A stretch of 63,301 nt of DNA, the filler included, from Collodictyon triciliatum (Eukaryota): the NCBI GenBank assembly GCA_043381765.1. It is 5 parts of 5 records of this genome, joined end to end, with 100 filler letters (N's around TTAATTAATTAA, not from the genome) between each part and the next. Parts side by side here need not be neighbours in the genome. Positions count along the whole stretch, not along the records: positions 14,849 to 29,579 come from JBHJMP010001781.1; positions 29,680 to 44,367 come from JBHJMP010001782.1; positions 44,468 to 59,157 come from JBHJMP010001783.1; 2 more parts are not named here. One strand, written 5' to 3'. The translations under genes and the position numbers were made by a program. The notes beneath the pieces were generated by a model. The model had not been told where the DNA came from. It saw nothing but the letters and a program-made list of their open reading frames with translations, and searched no databases. Below are positions 24,272 to 48,240 of this stretch, in pieces; position 1 is the stretch's first letter; every line of letters begins with the position of its first letter.

Positions 24272-27200
24272 TTAAAGATAAAGGGGAGATCTGTAACAAA
24301 GCATAAGGCAACAACCACAGAAAATAGAACACTCCCTTGGCCGTTGACTTAAAGAATTGCTGTTGTAATTGCCCAAAGCGCGATGAAGACTCCGATTACT
24401 AAATGCGCGACATGCCATATTCTGTCGAGTGGGTTCCACTACACAACCAGACAGAAATGAGGACTGAATATTCATATTCATACTAATGTTGATATGTAGG
24501 AAAGTTATCTGGGTCCGCACCATGGTGATTGACTTCAGGTAGAGATATGGCGGGATAACGAAGTTTAGTGGGACAACTGAACTGGCTGTGACGATGAGCA
24601 ACGTCTAAAGGAAAACAAACGAATGACCAGAACAGCCAAAAGGTGAATACTTTGCACTATGACCAAAACTTCTCATCTCACATGAGTTGAATACGCGTAT
24701 GATAGATAGATAGATGGGTGGATAGATAGACATTTAATCTATGCAGAGAAAAGTAATAGTTGTTAAGAAGTGCTATACATACACACACCTGATTGATGTT
24801 TTGGATGGTAATTCCCAATACATAGGATATTGTTATGGCAATAAAACTCCAAATAAAGAGAAAGTTCCTGGTTGGGAGCGATGCGTTCAAAATCAGTGAA
24901 GACGACTCACTCAATTCCTAAAACAAAAACAAAAACAAAAACAAAAACAAAAACAAAAACAAAAACAAAAACAAAAACAAAAACAAAAACAAAAACAAAA
25001 AGGAAAAGATTATAGATGGATCAGGTTTTTGTTGAGGCTCAGCTCGTGTCATTTAAAATTTAGAGGGCGAATATAATTGTTTCAATAAAGTAACATCAAA
25101 TAAAATTATAATTAATAAATGGCGAACTTCCAAATAGCCAATAATGGATGCTTTCTTGCTTAAACGATAAAAAAATTGAGCAGGTTTTATTGTAGAGCGG
25201 AATACAATAGGGTACGTGAACATAATTGTAACTATAAACAAGATCCGTTCGACAACTATAGTAATTCAATATTTCTTAGAAATGACACCACGAGTTTCAG
25301 GTACATGATTTTCATAAGTGAAGCGAGTAGTCAATTAAAAAGCATTTTTTTAATACAAATCGTCGGACAGCAAATCCATCACGCTTGTTTGGGAAAAACA
25401 AAACAAAACAAAACAAAACAAAACAAAACAAAACAAAACAAAACAAAACAAAACAAAACAAAACAAAACAAAACAAAACAAAACAAAACAAAAAACAGAC
25501 TTGATATTTTGGTATCAGCCTCATTGAAATTGTCCGCTATATCCTCCGACACTTTCTCTGGTATAAATTATAATAAGTAAATAGTCTTGAATCCTGAAAT
25601 TAGTTGCATGTGTCTCAAGTAAGTTGTCTCGTTGATTACCTCCGAAACGAACAAATCCACATATCCCAAACAAGACATACATGACTATTTTGATATGATT
25701 AAAAATTCAATATAATACCAGATAAACACTGTGGGCAACGATAATAACAGAATCAGAGGGTATATCTCAATGCTTAATATAATTAAATACTTGTTACAAA
25801 TGCCAGCGGATACCGTGCAAGTGACCGTGCAGTTTTATCTGGGACGGGCTGTGATAGTTCGCAATACGTCGGGAGATACTGCGAAATTTATAATAACCTG
25901 TTTTGAGCAAAGGTCGATGGATGAAATTGCAACATCCTTTTTTTATTGCACAAAGCAAATCATAGCACTTGACCAAAAAAAAATATCAGCCACTAAAGTC
26001 ATCAGATTAAGTCAATCAAAATAAGGAAAATAAGAAAAGGAAAAGGAAAAGGAAAAGGAAAAGGAAAAGGAAAAAAAAAAAGAGAAAAATAGAAATTAAG
26101 AGAAAAAAGAGAAAAAGAGAAGAAAAGAGAAGAAAAGAGAAGAAAAGAGAAGAAAAGAGAAGAAAAGAGAAGAAAAGAGAAGAAAAGAGAAGAAAAGAGA
26201 AGAAAAGAGAAAAAAAGAGAAAAAAAGAGAAAAAAAGAGAAAAAAAGAGAAAAAAAGAGAAAAAAAGAGAAAAAAAGAGAATCGTAAAGGCATGGAAATA
26301 GTGATGTGGAACGAATAAAATACGTGGTGGTTACTACTGAAAGCAAAAATAAATAACGGAACGGTCTTGAAAATGTCTACACTTGCGACGGGCTGAGTTG
26401 TATAAATGGATTGGTTCGTTGTTTCGAGTTTTCGTGGGGGTTCAAGCTACAATATCTTCTAAATGGCCTCTGTTTGAATTATGATATTTGATTGATTTAA
26501 GACTTAAAAGAAGTGTATCATTACTTCAAAATATCGAGGGGCAGACTCCAAATTCGGATACTCTATCGTATCTACCACAACTATGATGGACAGTATAGTA
26601 TAGCAGATTGTGCTGATGAAGGAGGTGAATTTCAGTCTATCGAGTCTTGGGAGACAGCATAAAGCTACCTCCAACACCTTCGTGACAGTAATACAAAATA
26701 ATGAGAAATTAGCAATCTACGGTGAAATGTAAGTTTCATCTTCATGGTATTTCAATAGGGCAGTACTTACACATATAAACGCAAGAAAAACCAAATAGTA
26801 CTGGGCACCAAATAGCTTTTCGACCTCATCTTGTCGCGAAGAGCCATCTACTAGACTTTCGACAATCTCTTTCATAACTAAAAGTAAACGCAACAGTAGC
26901 CATTTAATTATCCTCATAAACATAGCCGAATCGAATAAAGGAAAAAAAATCCTAAAAACATAGCCCGTCATTAGGTAAGTAAAGCTCTTCCATATATATA
27001 TCTGGAATAAATTTAATACATTAAAATGAGACATAAAAGGTTACTTTTGGTACTGACTTACAAATGAAATACATTTAAAAGTTCATTAAGATTTTACTTC
27101 ATATATAATCATAAACAGAAAAAAAAAACACCAAATACAGCAAATGAAAATATAAACCTATAACATACGCAGTCATGGCACCTAAGCCTTGGACTACGTG

Positions 27201-28773
27201 GAGAGCATCGACCAACATATACATCCACGGACCAGCAATTTTAAGGCTTATCTTCAAAATTGGATAATTTCATTTTACATTTTAACTTTTTTTTTTTTAA
27301 TAAAAAATCACTTTTAAGTATTCAATAGATTAATATTAGAAGAATCACATAAAACAAGTGTAATAATTTAAGCAGCTTTTGAGAAACAAAATCAGGACAA
27401 ATTGGTAGCATCATCATCTCAATTATGTAAAATAGTAATAATAAATTAAAATAAAATCATCCGACAACGAACCTGACCATATGTCACCTGTGTAGATGTC
27501 ATGCACATTTTGTGCAAAAGAAACATGTTATATCCCGTCATATAAACAGTTGTTACAATCAGAAATAATGCAAGTGGGACGCCGAGTGTCTGATAACGAA
27601 ATAACAAAAATATGAATTAAGCATTTATGAGCACAAATTTCTAATGGCTGTTCGTCGCCGCGATGTAAAACTAACAAAAAAGAAAAAAGAAGACAAAACT
27701 TCTTTGATATGAGGTCGAAATTAAAACCAGCAGAAGTATTTCTCTCGATAAAACACCAGAATAATTAAATAGAATGAATTAGAATGAATTATAATAAAGC
27801 AGAATAAAACAGAATAAAACAGAATAAAACAGAATAAAACAGAATAAAACAGAATAAAACAGAATAAAATAGAATAAAATAGAATAAAATAGAATAAAAT
27901 AGAATAAAATAGAATAAAATAGAATAAAATAGAATAAAATAGAATAAAATAGAATAAAATAATGTATAACTAGAAATACACACATAATACTGATAACATG
28001 TAACTGTAACGTGCGAGACAAAGAGAATAAAAAGAAGTAAAATCCCCAGCAAGTTCTGAATTGTGATGAAAAAAAGAAAAAAAGAAAGACATGTATTTTA
28101 GTTATATTCTTTTTGAAAACAGAAACAAAACGAAGCAAAACTGAACAAAACAAGTAACCGAGACAAAAACGAAAAATTAAAGAACCAAGGTTACAGATTG
28201 AACCAACTAGGGAAGAAGGCCACTCACACGAAAGCAGAAAGGAATGGACAATATCCCCACGCCGATGGTAGCATTGAACAGATTCAGCGTTGCTGCACGA
28301 AGAGACGTTGCTGCATGACCCCAATTGCGGCCAAAGTGATAAAAAACAAAGCCGCTTGTCTCTGTGCGAATCACATAGTCGCCGTCATTGGTGAAAGCCG
28401 ATCCGGGCTGACTCAGACTCCGGCCTCTGCTGCCTGCGCGTTCCGGAGTCACATGCACGACTTGATACGCCCGCAAAGCCAAAGACTCGTCAGCAAAGGA
28501 CTCGTCAGGCAATGGCTCGTCAGCCAGAGGCCGCATCCTCTGCACTGTGTCTGGGGCGGTGTCTCGGCCTCCGAAGCTTCGGCCGGTTGCGTCTGGCCGT
28601 TCGCGAGAGAGTGACGAAAGCCAACTGGAAAGCGACGAGCCGAAACTGTCTGGCTCCTGCCCACTTGTTGTGCCCGTGCCGCTCACTTGTCCGGACTTTG
28701 GGATGACGATTCGCTCGCTCGGCCCCAGTGCTTGCTCGCTCTGCAGCGTTTGGTACGGGGTGCGGTCGCTCAT
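24272..28773 (-). CDS. Amino-acid transporter, Aa_trans/AAAP (SLC38-like), multi-exon
   Basis: First exon ends with TM1 motif AATLNLFNATIGVGILSIPFCFRVSG; downstream hydrophobic exons include TIMFTYPIVF and VVPLNFVIPPYLYLK. The 3' end is approximate. Confidence 0.75.
26030..26280. repeat. Intronic purine-rich tandem repeats (GAAAAG)n/(AGAAAAGAGA)n; other intronic arrays of this gene at 24920-25000, 25395-25495, 27800-27960
   Basis: Visible tandem arrays. Confidence 0.9.
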
Positions 28774-29393
28774 CGGCCTGGTCTGAGCTCCTGTCTTCTT
28801 TCTTTCTTTCTTTTTTGTTTTTTCAGAATCATTTTCTTGTGACTTTTTTCGTTTTTTTTTTTAATTTTCATTTTCATTTTCATTTTCATTTTCATTTTCA
28901 TTTTCATTTTCATTTTCATTTTCATTTTCATTTGCTTTGCTTTTACGCTCTTTCTTTCCATTTGCTTTCTTCTGTTTGGCGACTTCTTTTCTGTATCAAT
29001 CAGGTGTTTATACATTTTCTTTCACTTTGTCAGTTGTTCTATTCGTACGTTTTGCAAAACGTTTATGGCTGTGTTGTTTCAAGACGTATTTTTTTTTTGA
29101 TTTTATCATATGAATGTCTATTTTTTTTTCATTTTATTTTAGGAATGGGCAGGTTTGAGAGGAAACGAGGAAAAGAGAAGCAGGCTTTCCTGGAAGCTTC
29201 CCTAATTGGCTCTGTGTTGAATCAATCTCGATCAATGCGCACTGGTTCGCACTGACATCCTTTGGGGGCTGGGAAACGCACCCACAGGCGAACAAGGCAG
29301 GTGACAACACAGCCAAAAGTAAAGAATAAAAAAGAATAAAAAAAAGAATAAAAAAAAGAATAAAAAAAAGAATAAAAAAAAGAAAAAAAAAAG

Positions 29394-29517
<124 letters not shown>

Positions 29518-29679
29518 AAAAAAAAAAAGAATAAAAAAAAGAATAAAAAAAAGAATAAAAAAAAGAATAAAAAAAAGAANNNNNNNNNNNNNNNNNNNNN
29601 NNNNNNNNNNNNNNNNNNNNNNNTTAATTAATTAANNNNNNNNNNNNNNNNNNNNNNNNNNNNNNNNNNNNNNNNNNNN

Positions 29680-30794
29680 CTTGCTCCTTGGTTCTCGGTG
29701 CGACGGGCTGGGGCAGGGTAAACGGACTATCTTTGGTGGGCGCTGGTTCTTGTGTTGCCTTCGATTTGGAGTATCCTTTCGGATATGTGACGAAGACTGC
29801 CTTGTTGCCTCCTATGTTAGCCATATTCACGTCAGTCTGAATAGGTAGTTTAAGGGGGATTTCTTTCGAGGGTTTTGGAGATGCGCTGCTCTTGGGTCTT
29901 GCGATGTGCGGGCTTGTCCAGTATTGGTGGTGGATGGCTCGAATGCGAGGATTCTGAATAAGAACCGAATTTCCCTTCCATGTCATCGTCGCTGTTTCTG
30001 TATGCGCGTATCTGCTGTGAGTCTTGTGGACTCAGTTGTTGCCTGGCCTGGCTTCCTTGACCAGTTGCTGCTTGTCTGCTTGGCAGGTGTATTCTTTTGC
30101 GGGGCTTTTACTTGTCGCTCGTTGTTCGCGGCTGGCGGACGCTCTTTGAGGATGCGCTTTGGACACTTTTACCCATGACCGTAAACTTTGCAGGGAGCTG
30201 GTTCTTGTGACAAAGAAGCTTCACCACGGCCGTGTTTGTAAAGAAGCCTTTGTCCTTTTTGATCTCCACGTGGGTCGGTCTGAACGGCTTCAGCTCCTCA
30301 CGAATAAGTTGCGGCCACACGTCCAGCTGTAGTTGGTAGAGCATTAACGAGGTCTCTGTTGGTTTACTTCTGCTGAGGCTGCTCATAATATCGATCAAAC
30401 TTACCTGCTTCAGCTCCAGAATCTTTCGAGCGTTTTCTGCAGTGCGAAAGGAAATCGTGCAAAGGCCTTCGCTGTCCGAAAAGCGCAATTGGATCGACTC
30501 TTCCCAAAGTTTGTTCGCTTTCAAGAAGGAGGCGAGCGCATCTGTGAGCCTGCGGGCTTTGTTCTTGTTGTTAACGACTTGCTCGACCACGTGCTAGAAT
30601 ACTGTCCGCTCAGACAGACTTGCAGGCGGCTTTCTTGCACGGGTCTTCCTAGACTTACGTGCAACTCGGGGGTTTTCCGCATCAGTGTTGGAACCAAAAG
30701 AACTGGCTGCGACTTGCGAAGCCCTCGACGTGTCGAAGGTGCTTTTTAAGTTAAAACTCTTGTGACCACTGATATTATCAGAAAAGTAGAACAA
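29680..30794 (-). mobile_element. Decayed ORF1-like (RRM-type) region of a putative non-LTR retrotransposon, truncated by gap
   Basis: Intronless, GC-richer block with an in-frame stop at 30591-30593 and a later frameshift. LCTISFRTAENARKIL and PQLIREELKPF...GFFTNTAVVKL...LPAKFTVMG resemble L1/Tx1 ORF1; a basic Pro/Ser-rich tail follows. Confidence 0.45.
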
Positions 30795-32799
30795 GAGCCT
30801 GTCGGGTATATTGTCTTATTTCCATGAAACAATAGGGTTTCTTCGTCTTTTTTTTTTTGAAGCAGGAATGGAGGTTGTTTGCATATATCCTGGTATTGTT
30901 CTTTGTATCGCACCATCACATTCCTTCCTATTTCTTTGTAATAATTATCAGGACATCTGCCAGGAAAATAATGCTTCAAGATAAAAAAACCATACTGCCT
31001 CTATGTTTTCTTTTGTCTGTGGAGCACGTTTAGAGGCACAACTAACATCCGGGTTAAATTAAATAAAAAAAAAAAGCTTTTATTCAGGAAATATGGAATA
31101 GTTGAAAAATAAAGGTAGCCATAGATTCTAAACTTGTAGCACATCCCCACGTAATCAACATAGTCAGACGTTGTCGAGACTTTAAATTAAAAAAAAAACA
31201 GGGTAGTGTTTTTCATCTCCAAGGAAGCGTTGGCTGCAGTATATGAGTAAGATTTTTCTTTCAGGAAAATATGATGTTCTATGCACCGTTGAATAACATG
31301 AGAAAGTCAGCCATGGAGTTTTTTTAAAAAAAAAATAGAGAAAAATAATAGAAAACGAAAGTTTGATTCTGCATCACTCAGATTCAGATTCAGACTCATC
31401 CAAGAGAGCGTTGGCAATCCTCTCCTCCAAAATATCCATCTGTTCCCTCACTAACAACGTGCCTCTACTCGCCTGCTTGTAAAATAATAATAATAATAAA
31501 TCGAAAATTAATCATGCGTCACATAAGAAAAGAAATGGAATAATGAATTACTCCAAGCGATTGTTGCCAGTCGGAAGAATCACGACATACATGAGTTCCA
31601 AAACTCCTGTCACTTATATATTTTTGTTAAAGAATTGCTTACATCCATGTTAAGGCTGCATCTAGTGTTTGCAGCAGCACTACCGGGTTCGTTGCATTGA
31701 GTATTCATGTTCGTGAAGGAATTCGTGTCATGGAAAGTATTCACTGAGTTTGCTGAGATTGCCGTTTCCTGGTTCGATATTACACTAAAGCTGGCACGAG
31801 ACAGCTGGCGGATGAAGCTTGCCGGTGGAGAACAGCATCGCAGTTGTGGAGCTCGTTGTAGTTCAGCAGGGTCTCGTAGCGTTGTCATTCTTGTGACATG
31901 ATTCAACATTCAATCAATATTGATGGTTTTTTTTTTAAAATCTTGTTTATTTTTATTTCTTGGATTCTTTTTGATCGTATTTTTATTGTCTTGATTTTTT
32001 CGATTATTTTATTTTCGATTCTTTTTTATTTTATTCTTTTCGATTATTCGATTATTTTCGATTGTATTTCATGGTTAATTTTTCTTTTTTTTTTTCTTAA
32101 TATTTCTCAATTACCTTCGAGGGTCTTTGGTGTTGTTCGCAGCCCAAAATAAAATCACTGGCATGAATCATTTGGAATAGAAGCCAGATACAATAAAACA
32201 GCTCCTCGCTCAAAAATAAAAATAAATAAATAAATAAATAAATGGGGCAATCTTTCGCGCGGTGAGTGTCTCTGCCGGCTCTGTGTATTTGTCCAATTGG
32301 AGAAGCGGCGACCAATCTGCCTCCTTTGGAAGCAGGCCGGATTTGTTTAGTCAAAGAGGCCGCATATTCTTGGCACGGCTGGATTCTTTCCATTTTCATT
32401 GGATGCAGTGTCTCTTATTCAGGCGAAAGGCCACCAACTCGCCTTTTTTGCCAACGAACTGAAAGACCAAAGAAGAAATCATTTTTCAGAAAAGTGTCGG
32501 TAGGTGATGCAACATGACGCAAAGAAACGTGGATTGGAAACACTCCAGAAGATGAAAATGGAAGCCTACTCGGTGGAGCAAAATAAGGAAGACGCTTCGC
32601 TTCTTGTCGCAGAAACTATCAACTTGTCAAAAAAGAAGGACATCATACTCAACCAATTCATCAACCAGGCTTTTTCTCAAATGGAATTAATCTATGTCCA
32701 TGGTGATAATGCATGAAAGAGAGATGATTTAACAAAAAGGCTAATAAAGCTTTAGTATGCTTTATTGGTCTATTATTTTTGGGTGGTGTGTTATATTTT

Positions 32800-44250
<11,451 letters not shown>

Positions 44251-44708
44251 ATTTCCCTTTTTATTTTCTCTTTTCTTTTTTTTTTTTTTTACTTGAATCT
44301 TATAAAAGAATATAAAAATAATATTTAAAAAAAAAAAAAAAAAAAAAGGGAGTAATAAAATTTTTTTNNNNNNNNNNNNNNNNNNNNNNNNNNNNNNNNN
44401 NNNNNNNNNNNTTAATTAATTAANNNNNNNNNNNNNNNNNNNNNNNNNNNNNNNNNNNNNNNNNNNNTCCTTTCCTTTCCTTTCCTTTCCTTTCCTTTCC
44501 TTTCCTTTCCTTTCCTTTCCTTTCCTTTCCTTTCCTTTCCTTTCCTTTCCTTTCCTTTCCTTTCCATTCCATTCCATTCCATTCCATTGCTTTTCTTTTT
44601 CTTTTTCTTTTCCTTTCCATTTCATTCCATTGCTTTTTCATTTGTTATATAATATTTCAATAGCATGATAGTTTTTCGCTGTATGACTTCCACTCACACA
44701 AAACCAGT

Positions 44709-47087
44709 TTCAATCAAGTTGCAGATTTTTTCCAAGAGTCCGCACGCATTCGCAAAGCAACCAAGACACTGACTTCCCTAAACGACGGGAAGCAAATCGA
44801 CAACATCATCCGCCTAATGAAAGAAAAGAAGGCACACGCATCAGTCATCGAGCTGCACAGGACTCTAATCCGCATCTTCATCAAGAGATACCCGCTGGAC
44901 CATCCTGGGATTTGGAACTCGTGCGAGCAGATTGACAAAGTCCACCAGGACCAGAAAACCCACGAGGAAGCGATAGAGTTCTGGTCTGAAATGAATGCTT
45001 TGTTTATGCAAGGCCTCGGTTGGTCCCACGAGAGAACCCTGTCTTCATGCCTGGTGCTTTCTGCTCATTCTGCATCCATTGGGATTCAAAAGGAACCAGC
45101 TGAGTTTACCCGCGTCAGGGAGTTTATCCAGAGCGTTGTTCCCGAATACGATGCAAGCACCAAGTGGGAGCGAGACGCAGTCATTTGTCTTCTGTTTAGG
45201 ATAGTCTATCTGTCCAGGTTGGACGAGAGCCATGCAGAGTCATCCTCGATTGCAGCCACGATTCTCAACTTCATGAACGTGTCCTTCAGCAAAATGGACT
45301 TGACGGGAATCCGCATCCCGCGCGCCAATCTTCGCCATGCACACTTGGATGGAGCCGACTTTACCGGGGCGGATTTGACAGGGGTCGACTTTACAGATGC
45401 AACTTTGGGAGACTGCATTCTGGACAACACACACATGGGCGGCACCCGCTTCGGACTCGTTTGCAGCGAACTCAGGGGTCATATAAGAACAATTAATTGT
45501 GTGTGCATTTTTGAAGGGCCAAATGGAGTGAAGTGGATTGCTTCAGCTAGTGATGATAGACTAGTTAGCATTTGGGACGTGGCGACATGCGAGCTTGTTG
45601 CCGAACTCCGAGGCCATGTTAACACGGTGACAGCGGTCTGCTTTGTGGAAGGAGCCGACGGCAAGCGAGGAGTGTGCTCGGGCAGCAAAGACAAGACGAT
45701 TCGCGTGTGGGACGTGGAGCGACTCGCGCACACAAGGACGCTGCAGGGCCACACAGACTGCGTCAACACAATATGCAGCATCCGCGGGCCCAACGGCGAG
45801 GAGTGGATTGCATCGGGCAGCGACGACGGCTCCGTGCGGATCTGGGACTGGCTCAGCGGAGATCCGATTGCGATGCTGGCCGGCCACACTTGGAGCGTGC
45901 GAAGCGTATGCGCAGTGCCGGGCCCGGGCGGCGAGCCGTGGTTGGCTTCGGGCAGCACAGACAAGACTGTGCGCGTGTGGGACGTTGGCAAGCAGCGGCT
46001 GGTCCGGACTCTGCCCCAGCGGACGGCGTACGTCTATGCCGTGTGTGCGCTGCGCGGGCCGAGCGGCGAGTCGTGGCTTGCGGCAGGCGGGAATGACAGG
46101 TCCATCCGCGTCTGGGACGTTGACCAATCGAAGATGGTCAGAAGCTTTGATTGCACATCTGACTCCATTCGATGTCTTTCTCCTTTGTCAGCCGGTGGTG
46201 GTTGCTCATTTCTGGTTTCCGAATGTAAAGAAGGCGTTTTGGGTGTGTGGGACTTCAATGTCGGGTGCAAGGTGGCAGAATTAGTTGGCCACGAAGGCCG
46301 TATTCATCACATCGCTACACGGACCGAGCCGTGTGGCTATGCTTTGATTGCTTCTGTTGGTGATGACAAGACCATTCGGCTTTGGCGTGACCTTCAGACG
46401 AAATGGAGTACTAATTCTGTCACGGTTGACAGAATGCTTCGTATGGACGACAGTTCATCACATTTTCATTCCAGACAACAAGCGAAAGGATATTTAGTCA
46501 GGATATCAGATGCCTATGAAAGTAGAGCAATCCATAGACGAGAGTACATACGGATTCGAAACGTTTCAAATTTGAGTCTGTTCAACAAGATGTCCCTTTT
46601 TGCTCGCGGTGCAACCTCAAGCGATGGTGACTTGGTTCGATTTTGCTCTCGAGGGAAATGCTCTGTGGAACAAGAGGAGGATGCGCTTCGATACTTCGAG
46701 CATCTTCGTTCCATTTGTTTGCAAGGAAACGTACACGCTTTCGAATTATTAAAGAGTTTTGCAGAGACAGAATTTGCAGGGAAATTGCAATTGGAGGCTG
46801 CATCAATGGTGAGCCGCTTTTACAAAACCGGTCTTTTCTTGGAGTTAGATGTAAATAAACGTATTCAATGGATGGGAAAGGCTCATGATTTTGAGTCCCT
46901 AAAATTGATGGCACAGGCCGGGTCTGCTTCGGCTTTTGAAGTTTTAAAAAAGTATGGTTCTATCGAGCTGGATAACATGGAGAAAACAAAGATGGTTGCT
47001 CAGATGATATCACAGTGTTATGAATATGGTTGGGGTGTAGGCTCTGATGAAATCTTGTCAGCAAGGTGGAGAGAAAAGGGAATGTGA
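44709..47087 (+). CDS. Pentapeptide-repeat + WD40 beta-propeller protein with helical (Sel1-like) C-terminus; probably the last exon of a longer gene
   Basis: Frame is open upstream of ATG 44817 to an AG near 44708. Pentapeptides DLTGIRIPRANLRHAHLDGADFTGADLTGVDFT; ~7 GH...WD repeats; C-terminal ISQCYEYGWGVGSDEILSARW. Confidence 0.85.
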   Translation, partial: FNQVADFFQESARIRKATKTLTSLNDGKQIDNIIRLMKEKKAHASVIELHRTLIRIFIKRYPLDHPGIWNSCEQIDKVHQDQKTHEEAIEFWSEMNALFMQGLGWSHERTLSSCLVLSAHSASIGIQKEPAEFTRVREFIQSVVPEYDASTKWERDAVICLLFRIVYLSRLDESHAESSSIAATILNFMNVSFSKMDLTGIRIPRANLRHAHLDGADFTGADLTGVDFTDATLGDCILDNTHMGGTRFGLVCSELRGHIRTINCVCIFEGPNGVKWIASASDDRLVSIWDVATCELVAELRGHVNTVTAVCFVEGADGKRGVCSGSKDKTIRVWDVERLAHTRTLQGHTDCVNTICSIRGPNGEEWIASGSDDGSVRIWDWLSGDPIAMLAGHTWSVRSVCAVPGPGGEPWLASGSTDKTVRVWDVGKQRLVRTLPQRTAYVYAVCALRGPSGESWLAAGGNDRSIRVWDVDQSKMVRSFDCTSDSIRCLSPLSAGGGCSFLVSECKEGVLGVWDFNVGCKVAELVGHEGRIHHIATRTEPCGYALIASVGDDKTIRLWRDLQTKWSTNSVTVDRMLRMDDSSSHFHSRQQAKGYLVRISDAYESRAIHRREYIRIRNVSNLSLFNKMSLFARGATSSDGDLVRFCSRGKCSVEQEEDALRYFEHLRSICLQGNVHAFELLKSFAETEFAGKLQLEAASMVSRFYKTGLFLELDVNKRIQWMGKAHDFESLKLMAQAGSASAFEVLKKYGSIELDNMEKTKMVAQMISQCYEYGWGVGSDEILSARWREKGM

Positions 47088-48240
47088 CCTTTCAAGTAAG
47101 GATTTTGATCTGGAATCACTTTCTTTGAGAAAAAGGCGAGTTTATTAACAAAATGCTGGGGCTGTTACTCAGAGTCTTATATCCAACCCAGATAAGAAAT
47201 CTGTCGATTCAGGAAGGGATATGCCTCTTCGGAAAACTAAATAAAGTCGAAATTTTTTTTAACTCGAGCGCGGCGTTTACATCTTCTAAATGGTATCCAA
47301 CCTTTCGTTGCGCGAGGAATGGACAAGAAACCTTGCAAGTCAACCTATTGTTCGATAATAATCTTAAAAAAAGCATCCATTTTTGTAGTTAAAGACAGTA
47401 AGGCTGCCAAGCTAATCTATGGGGAAAATAATATATTTGAAAGTTGCAGATTTATTTGAGCAGAGATACCTCGTTGGAATCTGNNNNNNNNNNNNNNNNN
47501 NNNNNNNNNNNNNNNNNNNNNNNNNNNNNNNNNNNNNNNNNNNNNNNNNNNNNNNNNNNNNNNNNNNNNNNNNNNNNNNNNNNNNNNNNNNNNNNNNNNN
47601 NNNNNNNNNNNNNNNNNNNNNNNNNNNNNNNNNNNNNNNNNNNNNNNNNNNNNNNNNNNNNNNNNNNNNNNNNNNNNNNNNNNNNNNNNNNNNNNNNNNN
47701 NNNNNNNNNNNNNNNNNNNNNNNNNNNNNNNNNNNNNNNNNNNNNNNNNNNNNNNNNNNNNNNNNNNNNNNNNNNNNNNNNNNNNNNNNNNNNNNNNNNN
47801 NNNNNNNNNNNNNNNNNNNNNNNNNNNNNNNNNNNNNNNNNNNNNNNNNNNNNNNNNNNNNNNNNNNNNNNNNNNNNNNNNNNNNNNNNNNNNNNNNNNN
47901 NNNNNNNNNNNNNNNNNNNNNNNNNNNNNNNNNNNNNNNNNNNNNNNNNNNNNNNNNNNNNNNNNNNNNNNNNNNNNNNNNNNNNNNNNNNNNNNNNAAT
48001 TTTTTTGTCTTGATTACGAAATTATTCAGAGTATGTCTATTTTTACATGGGGTATTGTTTTGCCAAAAGCGTCCATTCAAGGCATATGACAAAAATAATG
48101 GCACTCATTTCAAATACTGTTTCGCGACCATCAGGAACCTCAACTGGAAATCCCTTATTAGAATTTTCCTATTAATTATTTTTCCAAATACAAACGATGC
48201 ATCGGGCATGTAAGACAGCCACTAAGATTCAAATCGAAGA

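Noticed and set aside
31380-32716. Short ORFs between the LINE-like relic and the ABCA 3' end
   Set aside because: Possibly exons of small genes, but no motif or reliable gene model could be supported.
45479-46284. Several long overlapping ORFs on both strands
   Set aside because: Shadows of the GC-rich WD40 coding region.
47412-48213. ORFs of 189-264 aa
   Set aside because: Mostly N gap.
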